In this document: piece by piece, positions 1 to 15,106 of the stretch | How the letters are laid out: every line of letters begins with the position of its first letter | How positions within the stretch are numbered: the stretch's first letter is position 1 | Source: the human T2T-CHM13v2.0 reference genome, Homo sapiens | DNA length: 64,000 bases | Assembly: GCF_009914755.1 (NCBI RefSeq) | Contig: NC_060936.1 | Strand: one strand, 5' to 3' | Position numbers and translations under genes: made by a program | The notes under the pieces: model-generated | Databases searched by the model: none | Told to the model about the DNA's origin: nothing | Seen by the model: only the letters and a program-made list of their open reading frames with translations

Positions 1-1361
1 GCAGACCCACTAACAATGATCACTAATTGAGGGGCATAATAAGGGGATCTGCTTTAGAAATCTCTATTGGTTTCGGACTTTTCCAGTGTTTCACTGAGAT
101 TTGGGGTATTAGGATAGCAGAGGGGTGGCATATTTAAGTGATGTCATAATCATGGAATCAGAGGAAAAACTCAAGGATTTCGGGAAATCATACCTGCTTA
201 AAATACAGATATTTTACATAATTTCCAAAGTGCTTTATCATTTAATCCTCAACAGAAACACCATGAGATAAGTAAGGCAGGTATTATTATCCTCATTTTA
301 CAAATGACGAGATGGGCTCAGACAGCCTGGGCTTTGAACTGTGTTTTCGTTTGTTTTACTCTAAGGTTAATGTTCCTCCAAAGTAAAACAGACCTTCTTC
401 TATTACTACCTCAGAGGCAACTGATGTTTACCTTTTTTAGAATAAAGAACTTGAGACATCTCACTTCCCAAATAAAGTAAGAGCTTCATCTCCCATGTCC
501 CTCTCCCCACTCTACAAAAGTGACAAAAAGTCACTATTAACAAGTTGCTTCTCCAATAGATGAGCATTATTTAGACTCATCAATGAGAAGATGCTTTCTG
601 GAAGTTGTAAGTTTATTTTCTTTTGTATCTATAAGAGCTCTGAGACATTAACTGCCTACAATGTTATTGTTAACAAACGTTGTTAACAAAGTCAATGTTA
701 CCTGCAAGTAGGCCTACATGCTCACAAAGAAACTTGAACCTATTTTGGGAATTGCTAAATTTCTCAAGCTGTGCATTTACAGTCGGCTGATCACATGTTT
801 TTTCCTGAGCTGAAGACAGTAGCTTTAAAAAAGCCATCTTTCTCTTTTTTTCCCCCTTTGGAACTATTGAAGTCTCAGTCAATAATGTCCTCTCATACCC
901 GTAAACTGTAGCTTATGTTCAATATATCCAAAGGACCAACACTGAATGTTAAGGCTCTGAACTGTCTGTCAGAGTAGGCCCAAGATTACATGGGCACCGC
1001 CACTGAACATTTTCAGGTCAGAAAATCTCCCAAACCCAACTCTTTGGCTTCGACAAACTGTATAATTAACTTGCATCTCAGATCAGCTCCTACCTTAAAA
1101 TGTAAGTTGAGAAATGCCCATTTCAGAAGCAGCATGAGGAAATGAAGGTGTTAATAAGCCATTTGAGTTTACCCGTTCATTAAAGCACATCTTATCTTGA
1201 TCTTAGTTTGTGTATTTTAAATTAATAATTTATGCTCTGCCAGTTTCACAAAGGACATGAGGCACATTGCTCACTGGCAAACTGTTCTCAAGAAAGAGTG
1301 GGCCAGGTGCCATATTCAGAGGCCTAGAACGGATTTCGTGCACATAAATATACAAGTCAGG

Positions 1362-1826
<465 letters not shown>

Positions 1827-2266
1827 TAATTACAAGAAGCCATTCCAGAGACACTCTTGACTATAACAGATACCGTCTCATAATGGACTGATGTATCCCT
1901 AGCTCATCTCAAGTCTGCTGGGACAATCACAACTCTGTGCCCATCATTTGCAGTACATAGTGGCCAGTCCTTTCTGATAATGTGCATCTATTTACCTCAA
2001 ATGAGATTAAGAAATTGGTAGACATGGACCTTACTGAAGTTACTTCATTTTACCACAGAGTCAAATGGTTGGGCTTCAGGATGAGGCAGATTCTTAGGGG
2101 AAGATGGCAACAAGATTCGCCAAGGTTTTCACATTGCTCAATACATCAGCAATGCTGAGCAACAGAATTGCTAATACCTTCAGACATGCCCAACTACCAT
2201 TCAGAATTAGATGAGCTCTTGAAGACCAACCATGAGGGTACTGTTCAAGCCACTCTCTCCATTTAA

Positions 2267-2786
<520 letters not shown>

Positions 2787-2846
2787 AAAATATAGAAACA
2801 TTTTAAAACATCTCTCATGATACGCATGAGAAGGATTCAGAGAAAT

Positions 2847-3157
<311 letters not shown>

Positions 3158-3245
3158 AACAGAAATCTTGTTGTAGGTATTTTATATAGTCTTTTTACAT
3201 TTTTGTGCATTAAAAAAAATCATGGATACATGTAAGATATAGCCT

Positions 3246-3794
3246 TGTTTCTTGGTGAGTAGGTCTACGCAAACCTACCCACAAAGGCAGAGGGAACTAA
3301 GAGGCTTAAGAAAGAGGCTGATAAATCCAGTTCTTCAGAAAAAATATTTAATAGGGACTTACAAATAGAAGCGATGTCTTGGGCTGCTCCAGAAAGTGAG
3401 TCCCTGTGTCCACCCACCAGAAATGATCCTTTATATAGCAAGTGTTTAGAGTAAAGACAGCTGGTCATGTCTCAGATCCTCCTGGGGAACACTGGTGACC
3501 ACTGGGGAAGTCAGATAAGCATGTTTATGAGGGGTTATCTGTGCTACAGGCATTGTTTCTTGGCCTTGCTGCAAGAACACCTTGGCATGCAGGACTCAAG
3601 CATCGGTCATCGTGGTGGTTTCGCTTCAAGATGGTGTTACCCTTGCAGTGCACCAGGCTGTTTTCCTACCATCCCAATGTGTGAGCCTAGTCATTCTCAA
3701 GTCATTCTTTTGCTCTACTTATAGAGTCCTATTGATGCCCAGTATTAAGCACATCAACAGCAGACCAGGTCTGCAGCTTTGCTATGTTCTTACA
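3246..3794 (-). mobile_element. Probable ERV1 solo LTR, family unassigned
   Basis: TG...CA-bounded ~550-bp segment with LTR-like composition; recognised from memory only. Confidence 0.4.
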
Positions 3795-4071
3795 GGTATA
3801 TCTTCAGATGACCTGCAGCAGAATTACCTGAGGTATTTGTAAAAAACTGCAAACTCCTGGGCCCCATCCAGAACAGGAATCTTGAGGCGTGAGTTCAGGA
3901 GTCTGCATTTTTCACAAATACCTCAGCTGACTCTAATTCACGCCATTAAGAAAAAACTCTTCAGTGAAATAACAATATACATAGAATACTGTACATTGAA
4001 TCCAGTACAATGAATACATGGAATACAATATGCAGAGAAAGCTATATGCTGAAGAGCTCACTGTAGATTTT

Positions 4072-4342
4072 GTTTTTTTTTTGAGAGACAAAGTCTCACT
4101 CTGTCACCCAGGCTGGAGTGTAGTGGCACGATCTTGGTTCACCGCAGCCTCTGCCTCCTGGGTTCAAGTGATTCTCATGCCTCAGCCTCCCGAGTACCTG
4201 GGATTACAGGTATCCGCCATCACACCTGGCTAATTGTTTTGTATTTTTAGTAGAGACGGGTTTTCACCAAGCTGGTCTTGAACTCCTGACTTCAAATGAT
4301 CCGCCCGCCTCAGCCTCCCAAAGTGCTGGGATTACAGGCGCC
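4072..4342 (-). mobile_element. Alu
   Basis: Alu dimer with TSD CACTGTRGATTTT. Confidence 0.95.
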
Positions 4343-5379
4343 ACTGTGGATTTTCATAAACTAAACACACATTTGTGTAGACAGCAGCCTCAAAGCACCC
4401 TTGTGCCTATTTCCAGGCACTGTCCCCTGTGGTGCATCCATGCATACTGTTGTATAAATGTAAATCATTCATTATCAGGACTGCATAGTATTCCGTCAGG
4501 GAATGGGAACCAAATTAAGAACCCTGGCTTCCAGAATTAAGCCTAAACAGAGCTAATCCCTGCATGAACACATCACATCTTATACCTGAAGGCACGCTTC
4601 TCCATTTTTGACCCCATGGCTAAAGTTTGCCAGGAACTATAGAGCTCACACTGTGACTGAGGTCAGAGGGCTGGGTGAGAGTGCTGCTTGCACCAGAGCA
4701 GTGGCTCTGTTGTTCGATTTTAAAGAGGCTCCTTCTAGCATGGTCTGATAACCAGTAAGGTGTCATATCTTTTCCTGACACAGGTTTTTCAACCCTGCCT
4801 CATGAAGGCTCATCAGAGTATAATTCTTTCCTGAACACTGCAGTTGCTGAAATAGCCAATTTGGAGGGCACATTATTAGGGTGATTCTGCGAACCTGGAG
4901 CTAGACAACTTGAGTCCAAATCCCAATGCCACCACTGCCTGTGGGACTATGGGCAACTTATTTAACTCTCTGGAGCCTCAGTTTCCTCATGTGTAAAAGG
5001 AGGCTTATAATAGTACCTCATAGGGTTGTCAGAAGCAGTGAAGGAGCACTTAGAACAACATGCACAGTAGGCAAACACATGTGTTTGATAGATGCATTGG
5101 AACTTCTGAACTCATGAGTGCAACACAGACACTAAAGGGGTCATATGGTTTTAATGACAAGGGAAGAAAGGAAGTGCAGTGATTTGGGGTAGGTTAGCCC
5201 AGCGGCTCCCACTCCACCTGCCTTTAAAGAATCATCTACAGAAGGCTTGCACATTTGTACCCATATTTCTGCCACACAACATTCTTTTTCCAGAATCTAA
5301 AAAGTGTTAATTAACATGCCTACATGTAGTCATCCACTTTTGCTAACCTTTGCTAGCCAGAATGAAAATTCATCATTAA

Positions 5380-5702
<323 letters not shown>

Positions 5703-6654
5703 GGGTTATTTTTAAATGGACTATTATCTCAAACTCATTTTTGTACCAGATGAGGGATTAAAAATTCCATTACAAGTAGAAACACTGAAGAATCCCTTCT
5801 CTGATTCATTCTGGCTGGTCTTCTAGTTCTTGCAAAGCTGTGACATTTCATGTATTTTATGTATTTCCTAAGGTGCTGTAGGTACCAGGATACAAGGCCA
5901 ACCCGGGGCTACTCTTTCTGCTGTGTCTCTACCTACAGCCATTATGACCTGAATCTACTCCACAGGACACAGCTTTTTTTTTTTTTTTCTCATCACTTTC
6001 TCTTTTCTCTGGAGGTATCTGCTAAAATTGCAAACTCCTGGGCCCACCCAGAATGGACATCCACTTTCTGAGTGTCTCTTCAAACTCCTCTTGGCTCTTT
6101 CTGCTTACCAAAGTCATACATACTTTTTAAAAATTTGAGTGCTCAAAAATATATATTGTCAGACATGAAATCTATCTACATACCACTCGATTCCCAAAAA
6201 TAGATTCCAGATGGAGTTAGGTGCTAAACATAAAAACTAAAACCATAAAAATATTGAAAAGGGTATAGAATATATTTATGACCTTGGGGGAAAGAGGGCC
6301 TTTTTAAGTGAGGCATGGAACATAAAAGCATAAAGAAAAGGACTGACGAATACGATCTCATAAAAATTAAAAACTTCTGTAAGGCCAAAGATACTGAAAA
6401 TGGAGCTCAAAAGACAAGCCACAGAAGAGGTGAAAATATTTGCCACACACATAACAAAGCATGAATAAATAGAAAAACAGGCAAATGGCATGAGGAAATA
6501 GAAATGACCAATAGAGTTTAACAGAAGTTCCACAGGGGCAGGGGTTTGTGTTTGTTCATCTGGGGCAGTACCTCAATGTTTATCTAATGTTGAATTAATG
6601 TGAAAACATGTTCATTCTGATTTTCAATCATGTAAATGCTACTAATTATTAAGT

Positions 6655-6928
6655 AGAGATAGGTTCTCGCTCTGTCACCCAGGCTATAGTTCAGTGGTGG
6701 GACCATGGCCCTGGGTTCAAGCAATCATCCAGCCTCGGTGTCCTGGGTAGCTGGAATGACAGGAATGCACCATCATGCCTGGCTAGTTTTTAAAAAAATT
6801 TTCGTTAGAGATGGGATCTTGCTATGTTGCCCAGGCTAGTCTTGAACTCCTGGCCCTGGCCTCAAACAATCCTCCCATCTTGACCTCCTAAGTCGCTGGA
6901 ACTGTAGGTGTGTACCACCATGCTCAGT
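6655..6928 (-). mobile_element. Alu (J-like, diverged)
   Basis: Alu homology with an internal deletion. Confidence 0.9.
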
Positions 6929-7086
6929 GAAAATGCAACTTAAAATGGAGATTTTTTTTTTCACCCATTAGAATGGAAAAAAATTAGTGTTGGTTAGGAT
7001 GTGGGGAAATACACATACTCATGTGGGGCTGGGAGTGTAAATAATACATCCTCTTGTAGGTTAATCTGTCAGTATCCATCAAGCAC

Positions 7087-7667
7087 AAAAATGCATATAC
7101 CTTTTATGCACACATATGTTTATTGCAGCACTATTCACAATAGCAAAGACTTGGAACCAACCCAAATGTCCATCAATGATAGACTGGATTAAGAAAATGT
7201 GGCACATATACACCATGGAATACTATTCAGCCATAAAAAGGATGAGTTCATGTCCTTTGCAGGGACATGGATGAAGCTGGAAACCATCATTCTCAGCAAA
7301 CTATCAGAATATCAGAAAATCAAACACTGCATGTTCTCACTCATAAGTAGGAGTTGAACAACGAGAACACATGGACACAGGGAGGGAAACATCACACACT
7401 GGGGCCTGTTGGGGGGTGGGGGGGCTACGGGAGGGATAACATTAGGAGAAATACCTAATGTAGGTGACGGGTTGATGGGTGCAGGAAACCACCATGGCAC
7501 ATGTATACCTATGTAACAAACCTGCACATTCTGCACATGTAACCCAGAACTTAAAAGTATAATAATAATAATAATAATGAAGAAGAAGAAGAAGAGGAAG
7601 AAGAGGAGGAAGAAGAGCATCATCAATGAAAGAAAGAAACTTGAGGAAAAAAATGCATGTACTTTTT
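7087..7667 (+). mobile_element. 5'-truncated L1PA 3' end, nested in an older L1M
   Basis: L1 ORF2 end and 3'UTR at 7106-7560, followed by an (AAT)n(GAA)n tail. Near-identical TSD AAAAATGCATRTACYTTTT at 7087-7105 and 7649-7667. Confidence 0.9.
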
Positions 7668-9581
7668 GATTTAGTAGTGCCTATCTTGGGAAATTATGGA
7701 GCTAATGTGCTTGTTTAACAGTATTTATTGCAGCATTCTTCGAAATATCTAAAAGTTATAAATGACCTAAAGACTCATCAATATGGAAATGACTAAATAA
7801 ACTAAGATAAGATTATACCACAGAATAGTTTGAAACAGTTAAAAAAATGAGGTATCTCTATATGTACTAACCTCTAACATAACACACATAAGTGAAAAAG
7901 CCAAGTTGCATAATGACATTTACAAGAGTGTTACTCATAAGACAAAACTGTAGACGTGTGTATACAGCATATGGAAATGCACATCAACTTTTTTTTTACT
8001 TCACAATATATTCTGGACATCCTCCCATGTCAAAACATATAAATCTACCTAATTCTTTAATAAAGGTTGTAAAATACTCCATTGACTGGGTTTGGCATAA
8101 TCTGACCAATTCTCTATGGATAAATGTATGGGTTTTAAAAAATATCTTTATTGAGACATAATTTGCATACTATACAATCCACTCAGTTTAAGTATACAAG
8201 TCACTAGTTTCTTAAACTATTATTTTTTTAAAATATGGCAAAACACATATAACAAAATTTGTTATTTAACCATTCTAAGTGTACAACTCAGTGGCATTAA
8301 CTAGATGACTGTATCATTTCATTTTTTTACTATTATAAGAAATGCTACAAATACAATGCTGTATATCCTCATATATACTTTGTGCAAATGATTCTATAAG
8401 ATAGAAAGCTCTCATCTGTGATGGCCCAATGATAAAGAGTGATAAAAATGGGTTGGTCTTTTTCCTAAGATAACTACATTATCGTTAAACATGATTTTTA
8501 AACCTGTAAAAGACACGGAGGAATTTCCCAAGCAAATTTAGAAGATGAAAAAAAAATACCTTGTTTTTCTCTGTTCATTCACATTGTCGAGTATATAACT
8601 ATAAGCTAATTAAAGTGAAGGATGATTTGCTATACGGCATCTGGGCATAAATATGCTAGATGTCAATATATTATTTGGTATCTGACTTTAACCTGAGTCT
8701 TTTTGGCCAAACATACCACAAGCAGTTGGATCTTATACAGAAAGACACGGCTTCAATGTTAGTTCAGGTTTCCTAATCTGGACCTCAGAGTCTCTTTGGA
8801 GAGTGACCTCTGGCAATTCATTTAATCCTAGGGCCTCAGGTTCCTTTTCTATAAAATAGAGGGTCTGTCCAGGATGCTATAACTTGTATGGCCCAGGTCC
8901 CAAAGTGTGCTGGCAGGAACAAGGTCAGCCCAAACTGCAGCTGCGGCTGGAGCCAAGCTCTCTAGACTTGAAGCTTCAGTCCTGAATCTACCAGGTACTT
9001 GCTTTGTGGCCTTGGGCAAGTTACTTAACCACTGGCAAGTCAGTATCTAAAGCTGTAAATTGGTATTTACCTCATAGGGTGTTGTGTAGATTCATTGAGA
9101 TACAGCAGGAACATTGCCTAGCCCTGTGCCTGACATCAAAGATGCCCTCAATAAACAGTAGTTTGAGGGTTTTAAACACAAAGCATATGGCAGGGCCACG
9201 CTTCAAGGCTGCCAAATATCACAATTTATGTAACTGCAGTAAGAGTAGCATATACTTCCATAGCACTTATGTGCCAATCATATTCTGAGCACTTTATGTT
9301 TATTAACTTATTTAGCCCTCTCGACAACCTACGAGGTAGAACTATTATTTCTATTTTACAAAATAGGAACTAGGCACAGATAGGGTAAGACAGTAGTTCA
9401 AGATCACAGCCACTGAACAGCAGAACCAGGATTTGAACCCAGGCAATCTGTGTTCTTCGGGCTCTGTGTTCTCAACCATTATTAAACAGTCTTATTATAG
9501 TGTTACAGCTCTTTTAAAATTTGTCTAATAGGCTTTCTGGTTTTTGCTGGAAAGCCCCCCAAAGGGAAAAAAATAAGTTGT

Positions 9582-9880
<299 letters not shown>

Positions 9881-11378
9881 TGTATCATTATTGTTTATAA
9901 ATATTTGTGTATTTGTGAGTATGGGCATAAATGGGGAATTTTTCCCTATTCTGATAGCTCCTCAATTTCAATACCTGATACCACCATCTTTTTCATATCA
10001 AGTTTTAAAAAATTAAGATGACTTTGCCAAACACTTCATTTGGACCCTACCGTCTAACTTAGAAACCTATATCTAAAATGACTGCCAGATGATAACTTGG
10101 TATAAAGGCTATGTAAAAAGAGGGAGTATAAGAAAAGGCGTTATTAAACTCCTTGTTGGTCACTTATGACTTCTAAGATCACACCATGACCTATGAGCCC
10201 ACTGAGTTTTGGAACTCAAACTCCAGGAGAGTTGCCTTCTCATACTGGCACACTCTACTCCTTTAACTTACTCTATTTCCCTAGAGTTTCCCCCTCAAAA
10301 TTGAATGGTTTCTCACTAGACTGTGTGTACCTTTACAGCAGCTCATAATTTGTCCCTTAGAGGAAATACAGTTTGGACTGCTGATTGAGCAAGCCTCAGG
10401 GTTTTGGCAGCCTGGGATTCTGTTAATTTAGCAGATGTAAAAGCTTATTTTGTTTTCCTCCATTAATACACTTCTATCTCCATCTCCAACACACAGGGAA
10501 AAGCCTTCCCCTCTGTAGCAATGATCCCAGTGGTGAGGACTGATGTAGTTACTTGCATGACCTGATCACTTCACTCCCAGGATGCACAGGGGCTGAGGCT
10601 GCTATGGGCAGGGTCAAGTGTCCCTACACGGCACCATCATCTCCTCCCGGATGTTAAGGATGCTGGGTAGATGCTGTCCTGCCAACCAGCCTTGTTGTTG
10701 TCTAGTGTACAGTCTTCCTCCAGGGGTGCTGCAGTCTTAGCACCTGAGGTATCTCAGTCTGTGCTCACTGGAAAGTCCAAAGTTCCTGATGACCAGATTC
10801 TGCCCCCTACTGTCCCCTACCCTCTCATTCACCTTGTCCCTCAATGAAGTCTGAATCTCAGCTGTGAAGAAGGAGGCTCCTGAATACAGGCAAATCAGTA
10901 GAGGTGGTTAAGGGTTTCTGGGCATTTTGAGATAGTTGGAGTAACTCTGTCTGCCCAGAGCATAGTAAGGATGTGGGTGTGGGGAGGGCCAACAGTGGGA
11001 TCTTTTGCCTAACCCAACACCCACGTGATCCACCAAGATACTCTGTTGCTTACACAAGCTCCTAGTATTTGGCTTGATATATAGAATATATTTAATATTT
11101 TCTAACAGATGCAATTTTGATCAGTTTCAGAGGGCTCAGAACCTTTGCAAAGGATCACGTGTACATCAACTAGATGTAGTTGATGGGGACTCAAGGATGG
11201 GGACTCAAACTCCTTGGCAACCCCAGAGAGCCTAGCACATTCACCTGCAGAGGGCACATCCTCGGTTTATTCTTGCAAAGGTTCCTGGTCAATGTGGCAG
11301 ACTTCAGGCTACTCACTGCTGGTAGTGGAACCTTTATTCCTATAAAATCCCATGCGGAAACCCAGTGTAAAAAGTTAA

Positions 11379-11894
11379 TCCATCTCAGCATTTGTTTTCC
11401 AGAGTATGATGGTAACAACTCCCATGAGGATGCGGGGAATTACATCAAGAGCCAGTTCCTTGACCTCAGTATGCAACAAGATATCAAAAGAATTTACAGT
11501 CACATGACCTGTGCTACAGATACACAGAATATCAAATTTGTGTTTGATGCAGCTACACAGATATTATTATCAAAGAAAACCTCAAGGACTGCGGCCTCTT
11601 CAAATCCTCACTATTCCATTCCTCAGGTATAAATGCTATAAACAGGCTTGGAATCTGGGTAATTACAAACAGAAAATTATAGTCAGTATACTATGGCCTG
11701 AAGAATGAATCCATTCTTTGGAGATGGAGTATGCATGACTGCAACTGTGTTTCACACATTCTTTTCAAAGTGGGATAGCTAGTGCAGCTTAAAGAGCACA
11801 AGGCCAGTCATTAGAAGACCTCTGCCCCGCCCCCACCCCCAGGTTCCAGTACGGGTTTTCCAATTTAGCACAAAAGTCTGTATACTTAAAAAAA
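11379..11894 (+). pseudogene. 5'-truncated processed pseudogene of GNAT2 (cone transducin alpha): C-terminal CDS, 3'UTR and short A-tail
   Basis: Reads [59 protein letters not shown], then after a 2-nt CA insertion (~11558) [14 protein letters not shown]. The stop TAA is changed to AAA at 11602. There is no intron at the conserved EYD|G junction. An A-run lies at 11888-11894. Confidence 0.9.
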
Positions 11895-12258
11895 CTTATC
11901 ACAGAGTTTTTATATAATTTAAAAGAGGAAAATGTGTAAAGAGCCTAGCACAGTGCATGGCACATAAAGGTGTTCAATAATCGGCAGTGGCATTGCTTTC
12001 ATTTTCCCATTCTCTTTGCTGCTCTTGAATGGCTTGCCTAGAAAATGAGACCAGGATACGTTCCCTCTCAAGTTCCTGCTCATGCACACAGCTGTTACAC
12101 ACTACCTCAAATGTAAGTGGTTGTAATTAATAATAATTACAATATTCCAAAATTATGTTTAAATCTAGATGTCTGTTCCTTCATACTCTGGCAGTTTTCT
12201 TTACATTCTGAACAATTAATGTTTGTCAGTTTCTGTATTAGGTTGGCATTCATAGAAT
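11893..12258 (+). repeat. Local direct duplicate of 13479-13841
   Basis: Colinear alignment by eye at roughly 90% identity. Confidence 0.95.
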
Positions 12259-14184
12259 CAGCTGCTCTGATTTAAGGAATGCATCCCCAAGCGGTCCTCT
12301 GTCTCCTCACCTATTGAAGTGGCCTAGGTCACCTCCACAGAAGTCTCCAGGCTCTAGAGACCAGGCTCTAGAGACTGGAAGAACTGGGGTTTTGAATCCT
12401 GACAGACCTGGGTTTGAATTCCCAGCTCTGCTCCTTACTAGCTAAGTAGTCTCAGGCAAGTCACTTTTTTCTGAGCCTCAGTTTCCTATCTGTAAAACAG
12501 GGATAATACTACCTATTATTTAATAGGTGTCAGGATTTAAAATAATATGGATAAGTAGCTAGTACACAGTAACACATTCAATAAAGTATACAACTTTTAT
12601 TACTGATCCCCAAATACCTCTTTTTATTGTGTTTTTTTCTTCTTTTTTTAGATAGCTTCCCAAGGACAGCGAACAGAATGTCCTATGGAAACATAGTTCC
12701 CATGGGGCTACAAATATTGCCAATTTTAGTGAGAAATTACGTTCCTGAGTCAAAATATTTTCCCTATGTATCACTGTTCTTTGAACAATCTATTTTTTTC
12801 TTTTAAACCACAATGACAAAAGCCTTCTAAAACTCTGTGGTTTCCAGTGAGCACAAATTAAGGGAACTTAGATGCTAAGATACATTAGAAATCGTCATCA
12901 AATTCTTATCCTTGGCTGTATGTACAAGGGAAGTCTCATCTCCTTGGCATACAAGGCTTCTTGCAGCACAGTCCCACCATGTCCTCCCTGGACTGCTCCT
13001 GCCACCCAAGCACAGCATGTGTTTTCCCAGTCGCTTTACCTGGAATTCCTACCACCTCCATCTCTCTGCCTGGTAATATCCAAACCTTTGTTCAAATGTC
13101 AGCCTCCCTGATAAGCCTTTCTCAACTTTACCAAGCACCCTGTAGGCCAGCTTACAAAGCATCCCTACACTGCGCTGTTGACTGTAACGAACAAAGCCCC
13201 ATTACAATGCTTTTCCCATTACGGCAGTTGGGTGTAAGGCCCACTGCCCTAGTTCATAAAGGGAAAGACCTGGGTCTGTTCTTCTTTGCATCCCCTTACA
13301 AAAGTTCTGGTAGACAGTAGGAACTCAATGAATATTTGTTGAATGAATACATAAATCGCTAAAAGACACATTTGGGTTACCGAACCGAATCTATCACCTA
13401 CCAAGATATCATTTTGGGACATCAATTTCTTCATCTGTAAAATCTATTTGCTCTTGCCTATAAAATGGGAATGTAAGGAACTTATCGCAGTTTTTAAATA
13501 GCTTAAAGAAGGAAAATGTGTAAAGGGCCTAGCACAGTGCATGGCAGATAAAGATGTTCAATAATCAGTAGTGGCATTGCTTTCATTTTCCCACTCTCTT
13601 TGCTCCTCTTGAATGGCTTGTCTAGAAAATGAGACCAGGTTACGTTCCCTCTCATGTTCCTGCTCACGCACACAGCTGTTACATACTGCCTCAAATATAA
13701 GTGGTTGTAATTCATAATAATTATAATATTCCAAAATTATGTTTAAATCTAGGTATCTGTTCCTTAATACTCTGGCATTTCTCTTTACATTCTGAATAAT
13801 TAATGCTTGTCAGTTTCTGTATAGGTTGGCATTCATAGAATTTGTCTCCAAAATTGCTGATTAAAAAAAAAATCATTCCTTTCTGTGTGATCTGTGCTCT
13901 GTTGAAGGCAAAAAAGAAACTACATATAATCACCATTGAAACATTTCTAATAAGTTTTAGACATAAAAATAAATTCACTTGAAGGTTTAAATGAACAATT
14001 CCATTCAATTACGGCATTCAAATAAAAACTTTTCACACTGATAGCTCTCAGGGATTATTATTTTTACACACTTAATATTACATTTTGTGGTGCTCTGGTT
14101 TATTTACCCTGGTGTGTTTGTATTTTCTCACTACTTTTTGTCCCAGAAATGACTGTTGCACCAAATTTCTTAAAGAGAATCTCT

Positions 14185-14483
14185 GGGCTGGGCACGGTGG
14201 TGCATGCCTGTAATCCCAGCACTTTGGGAGGCTGAGGCAGGCAGATCACAAGGTCAGGAGTTCGAGACCAACCTGGACAACATGGTGAAACCCCATCTCT
14301 ACTATAAATACAAAAATTAGCTGGGCATAGTGGCACACCCCTGTAATCCCAGCTACTCGGGGGCTGAGGCAGGAGAATCGCTTGAACTCAGGAAGCGGAG
14401 GTTGCAGTGAGCTGGGATCGCACCATTGCACTCCAGCCTGGGTGACAGAGCGAGACTCTTGTCTCAAAAAAAAAAAAAAAAAA
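14185..14483 (+). mobile_element. Alu (S-like)
   Basis: Alu dimer, A-tail plus (GA)n, TSD AGAGAATCTCTG. Confidence 0.95.
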
Positions 14484-15106
14484 AGAGAGAGAGAGAGAGA
14501 ATCTCTGTTGCAATGCAAAACTAACTGTAAAATTATCAGAAATTTTTCAATCAAGAAAACAAATCTGTCATTTTCCTATCAAGCAAAAACCCTTAGGATT
14601 ATATCTCCCCGTGGATGAAGCAAAACGTGTTTAACAGCCTGTATAAGGTCCTCCATAATCTACCCCACACTCACCTTCTCCTTTCTCCCCTCCAGCCACA
14701 CTGAACTTCTTTTGCTCCTCAAAGTCAATATGCTCCTTCACCTCCAGGCCTTTGAACGTGCTATTTATTGCCTCGCCTTTCCCTTTTCACCTGGCTGATC
14801 TCTCTTTATCCTTCAGGTCTCAGCCGTGAGACCTCTGTCATATTCTCGCACATAGCTAATGACATCTGCGTTTATTGGTTTGTCAACTCCTTCAGGGCAG
14901 GTGCCATGTCTAACTTATTTACCCCTATAGTCTCATGCTAGCACATGCCATGAACTATATTAGGCATTCAATAAATGTTTACTAAATAAGTGGAATGAAT
15001 CTATCTGGAGAGAAATATAATTTCACTAACTATACTTTGGGATATAGAAATTAACTTTATGGCTCTCAGTTTTGACTTTCACCTGCATTCAACATTAACC
15101 ATGACC

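Larger units (their letters stand above)
6150..8000 (+). mobile_element. Old, degenerate L1M fragments interrupted by an Alu and an L1PA
   Basis: Diverged L1 ORF2 3' motifs (aaaattaaaaacttctg, cacccattagaatgg, tttattgcagcatt). Confidence 0.6.

Noticed and set aside
11180-11632. 150-aa ORF as a novel G-alpha-like gene
   Set aside because: Chance fusion of unrelated flank to a frameshifted pseudogene fragment; non-ATG start and no GTPase core.
11369-11900. AAAAAGTTAATC / AAAAACTTATC as the GNAT2 retrocopy TSD
   Set aside because: Poor match, and the downstream AACTTATC is better explained as the start of the duplicated block. Not fully excluded.
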